DNA of 64,000 nt. It comes from Podarcis filfolensis. Its lineage: Eukaryota. The translations under genes and the position numbers were made by a program. The DNA is taken from the NCBI GenBank assembly GCA_964270895.1, contig OZ185445.1; one strand, given 5' to 3'. The number at the start of each line of letters is the position of its first letter. The first letter of the stretch is position 1. The notes beneath the pieces were generated by a model that had not been told where the DNA came from, ran no database searches, and worked only from the letters and a program-made list of their open reading frames with translations. Below, piece by piece: positions 62,693-64,000 of this stretch.

Positions 62693-64000
62693 CTTGTGTC
62701 AGTTATCCCACATTTTCCAGGTCACAGACTTCCTGTGCATCCTACAGCTGCATGAGGAGAGATCTGTGCTGTGGGCACACAAAGGTGAAAGAATTTCCCA
62801 CAGAAAGTGCGAATTTTCCTGCGGGCAGCCACCACAATTGTAGCTTCCAGATTGTCGCCAGACACCAACCACTTAAATAATGCATGCTTGGCTGACGTCT
62901 CTACTTGGTGCATTTTCTAATCGAGTAGTCAGGAAAATTTGCAAACATTCTGTCATTTACCATAAATCTTATGCCTGCCCACAACTCCAGAGTAATTAAT
63001 TTTACTGCTGTTCAGAAATATTAATTTCAGCTGGGAAATCCATCTTTCCCACTATTTCTACTTAACCCCTTTTCAAATTTCAAATATTTCTTGATAGGGA
63101 TCAGAACATCAAAGCACTATTCTTACAAAGAAAGGACTATTTGTGACACCAATAATTGTTCAACATTTCTCATCATAACCTTTAATAATGCCCTCTAAGT
63201 ATTTGGCTGGCTGGTCAGATGAAAATGGCAATAGAAAATAAAGGAGGTATGTGGAAGTCTTTCTTTAGAGATGTAATTAATTTATTGGTTCCCAAAAGGG
63301 CTTGCTGCCTGGCCGGCATTGTGCAAGCCTTTTAGCTATTGCTGTGATGTAGGAGCAAAGTGCCACAATCTCAGCATCAAGAATAACTAGAGGCAAGAAA
63401 GTTACCATGAATGATTTATTGTGTGTTTAAAATGTTCTAAGAACCAAACAATATGAAGAAGAAAAGAATTAGGTCAGCCAAGACAATGATATCCCATTGA
63501 TTTATAAGGAGAATGTCATCCTAAAATGCGGAGTGGAACCAAGAAAGAAAATTTCTTTTAGAACAAGAAGTTTCACCTGTTGACATAGTCCCCATTAAAC
63601 ATCTGAACTTATATCGTAAAACAGAGATGGTAAACCTGTGACCCTCTAGATATTGTCAGACTGCAACTCCCATGATCCCTGACCATTGGTCATGTTGGCT
63701 GGGGCTGATTGGAGTTCAAGTCCAACAATAATACTCAAATAATAATAATCAATAATAATCAAAATAATCCAAGATCCGACTCCTGCCTAGAAATTATGCT
63801 GGATAGAAAAGTAAATTTCCTGCACAGCCCAATGGATAGAGATCTCTTGTACTGTTTTAAGTCATGGCTCAACCACAGTTCAGCCATGTATTTCCACAAC
63901 AGATCCATAGTTTACCACTATGGTAAACTATCACTTTTTGCCTATCAGAGGGGGAAGACCTCATACAGCACTGATCCTTCTCTACCAATATATAGATATC

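Overview
This is eukaryotic, repeat-rich vertebrate DNA, most likely from a lacertid lizard. The inference rests on Sauria SINEs, a (CTT)n-tailed Squam3-type SINE, BovB and young L2 LINE ends. There are no prokaryotic features and no CRISPR array. Bases 1-5455 hold a young Ty3/Gypsy (Mag-like) LTR retrotransposon. The visible parts of its LTRs are identical, it has a tRNA-Ser(GCT)-type primer site, and its single gag-pol frame is split by an 814-bp 5'-truncated L2 LINE. Excising that insert restores an uninterrupted 1358-codon ORF. The rest of the window is AT-rich intron-like or intergenic sequence. It contains about 10 Tc1/mariner-type MITEs, several hAT-type MITEs (two with perfect 8-bp TSDs), two BovB 3' fragments, three Sauria SINEs, CORE-SINEs, CR1/L2 tails, microsatellites and two assembly gaps, and many of these elements are nested. 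I could not identify a host gene. A phase-compatible chain of candidate minus-strand exons (5.7-12.9 kb) is reported at low confidence. I found no convincing wholly new biological system. The most interesting signals are the L2-in-Gypsy nesting, a two-tier 3' stem-loop shared by L2 and the SINE, a recurrent L2 5' endpoint, and a hAT MITE carrying CCCTAA-containing tandem repeats.
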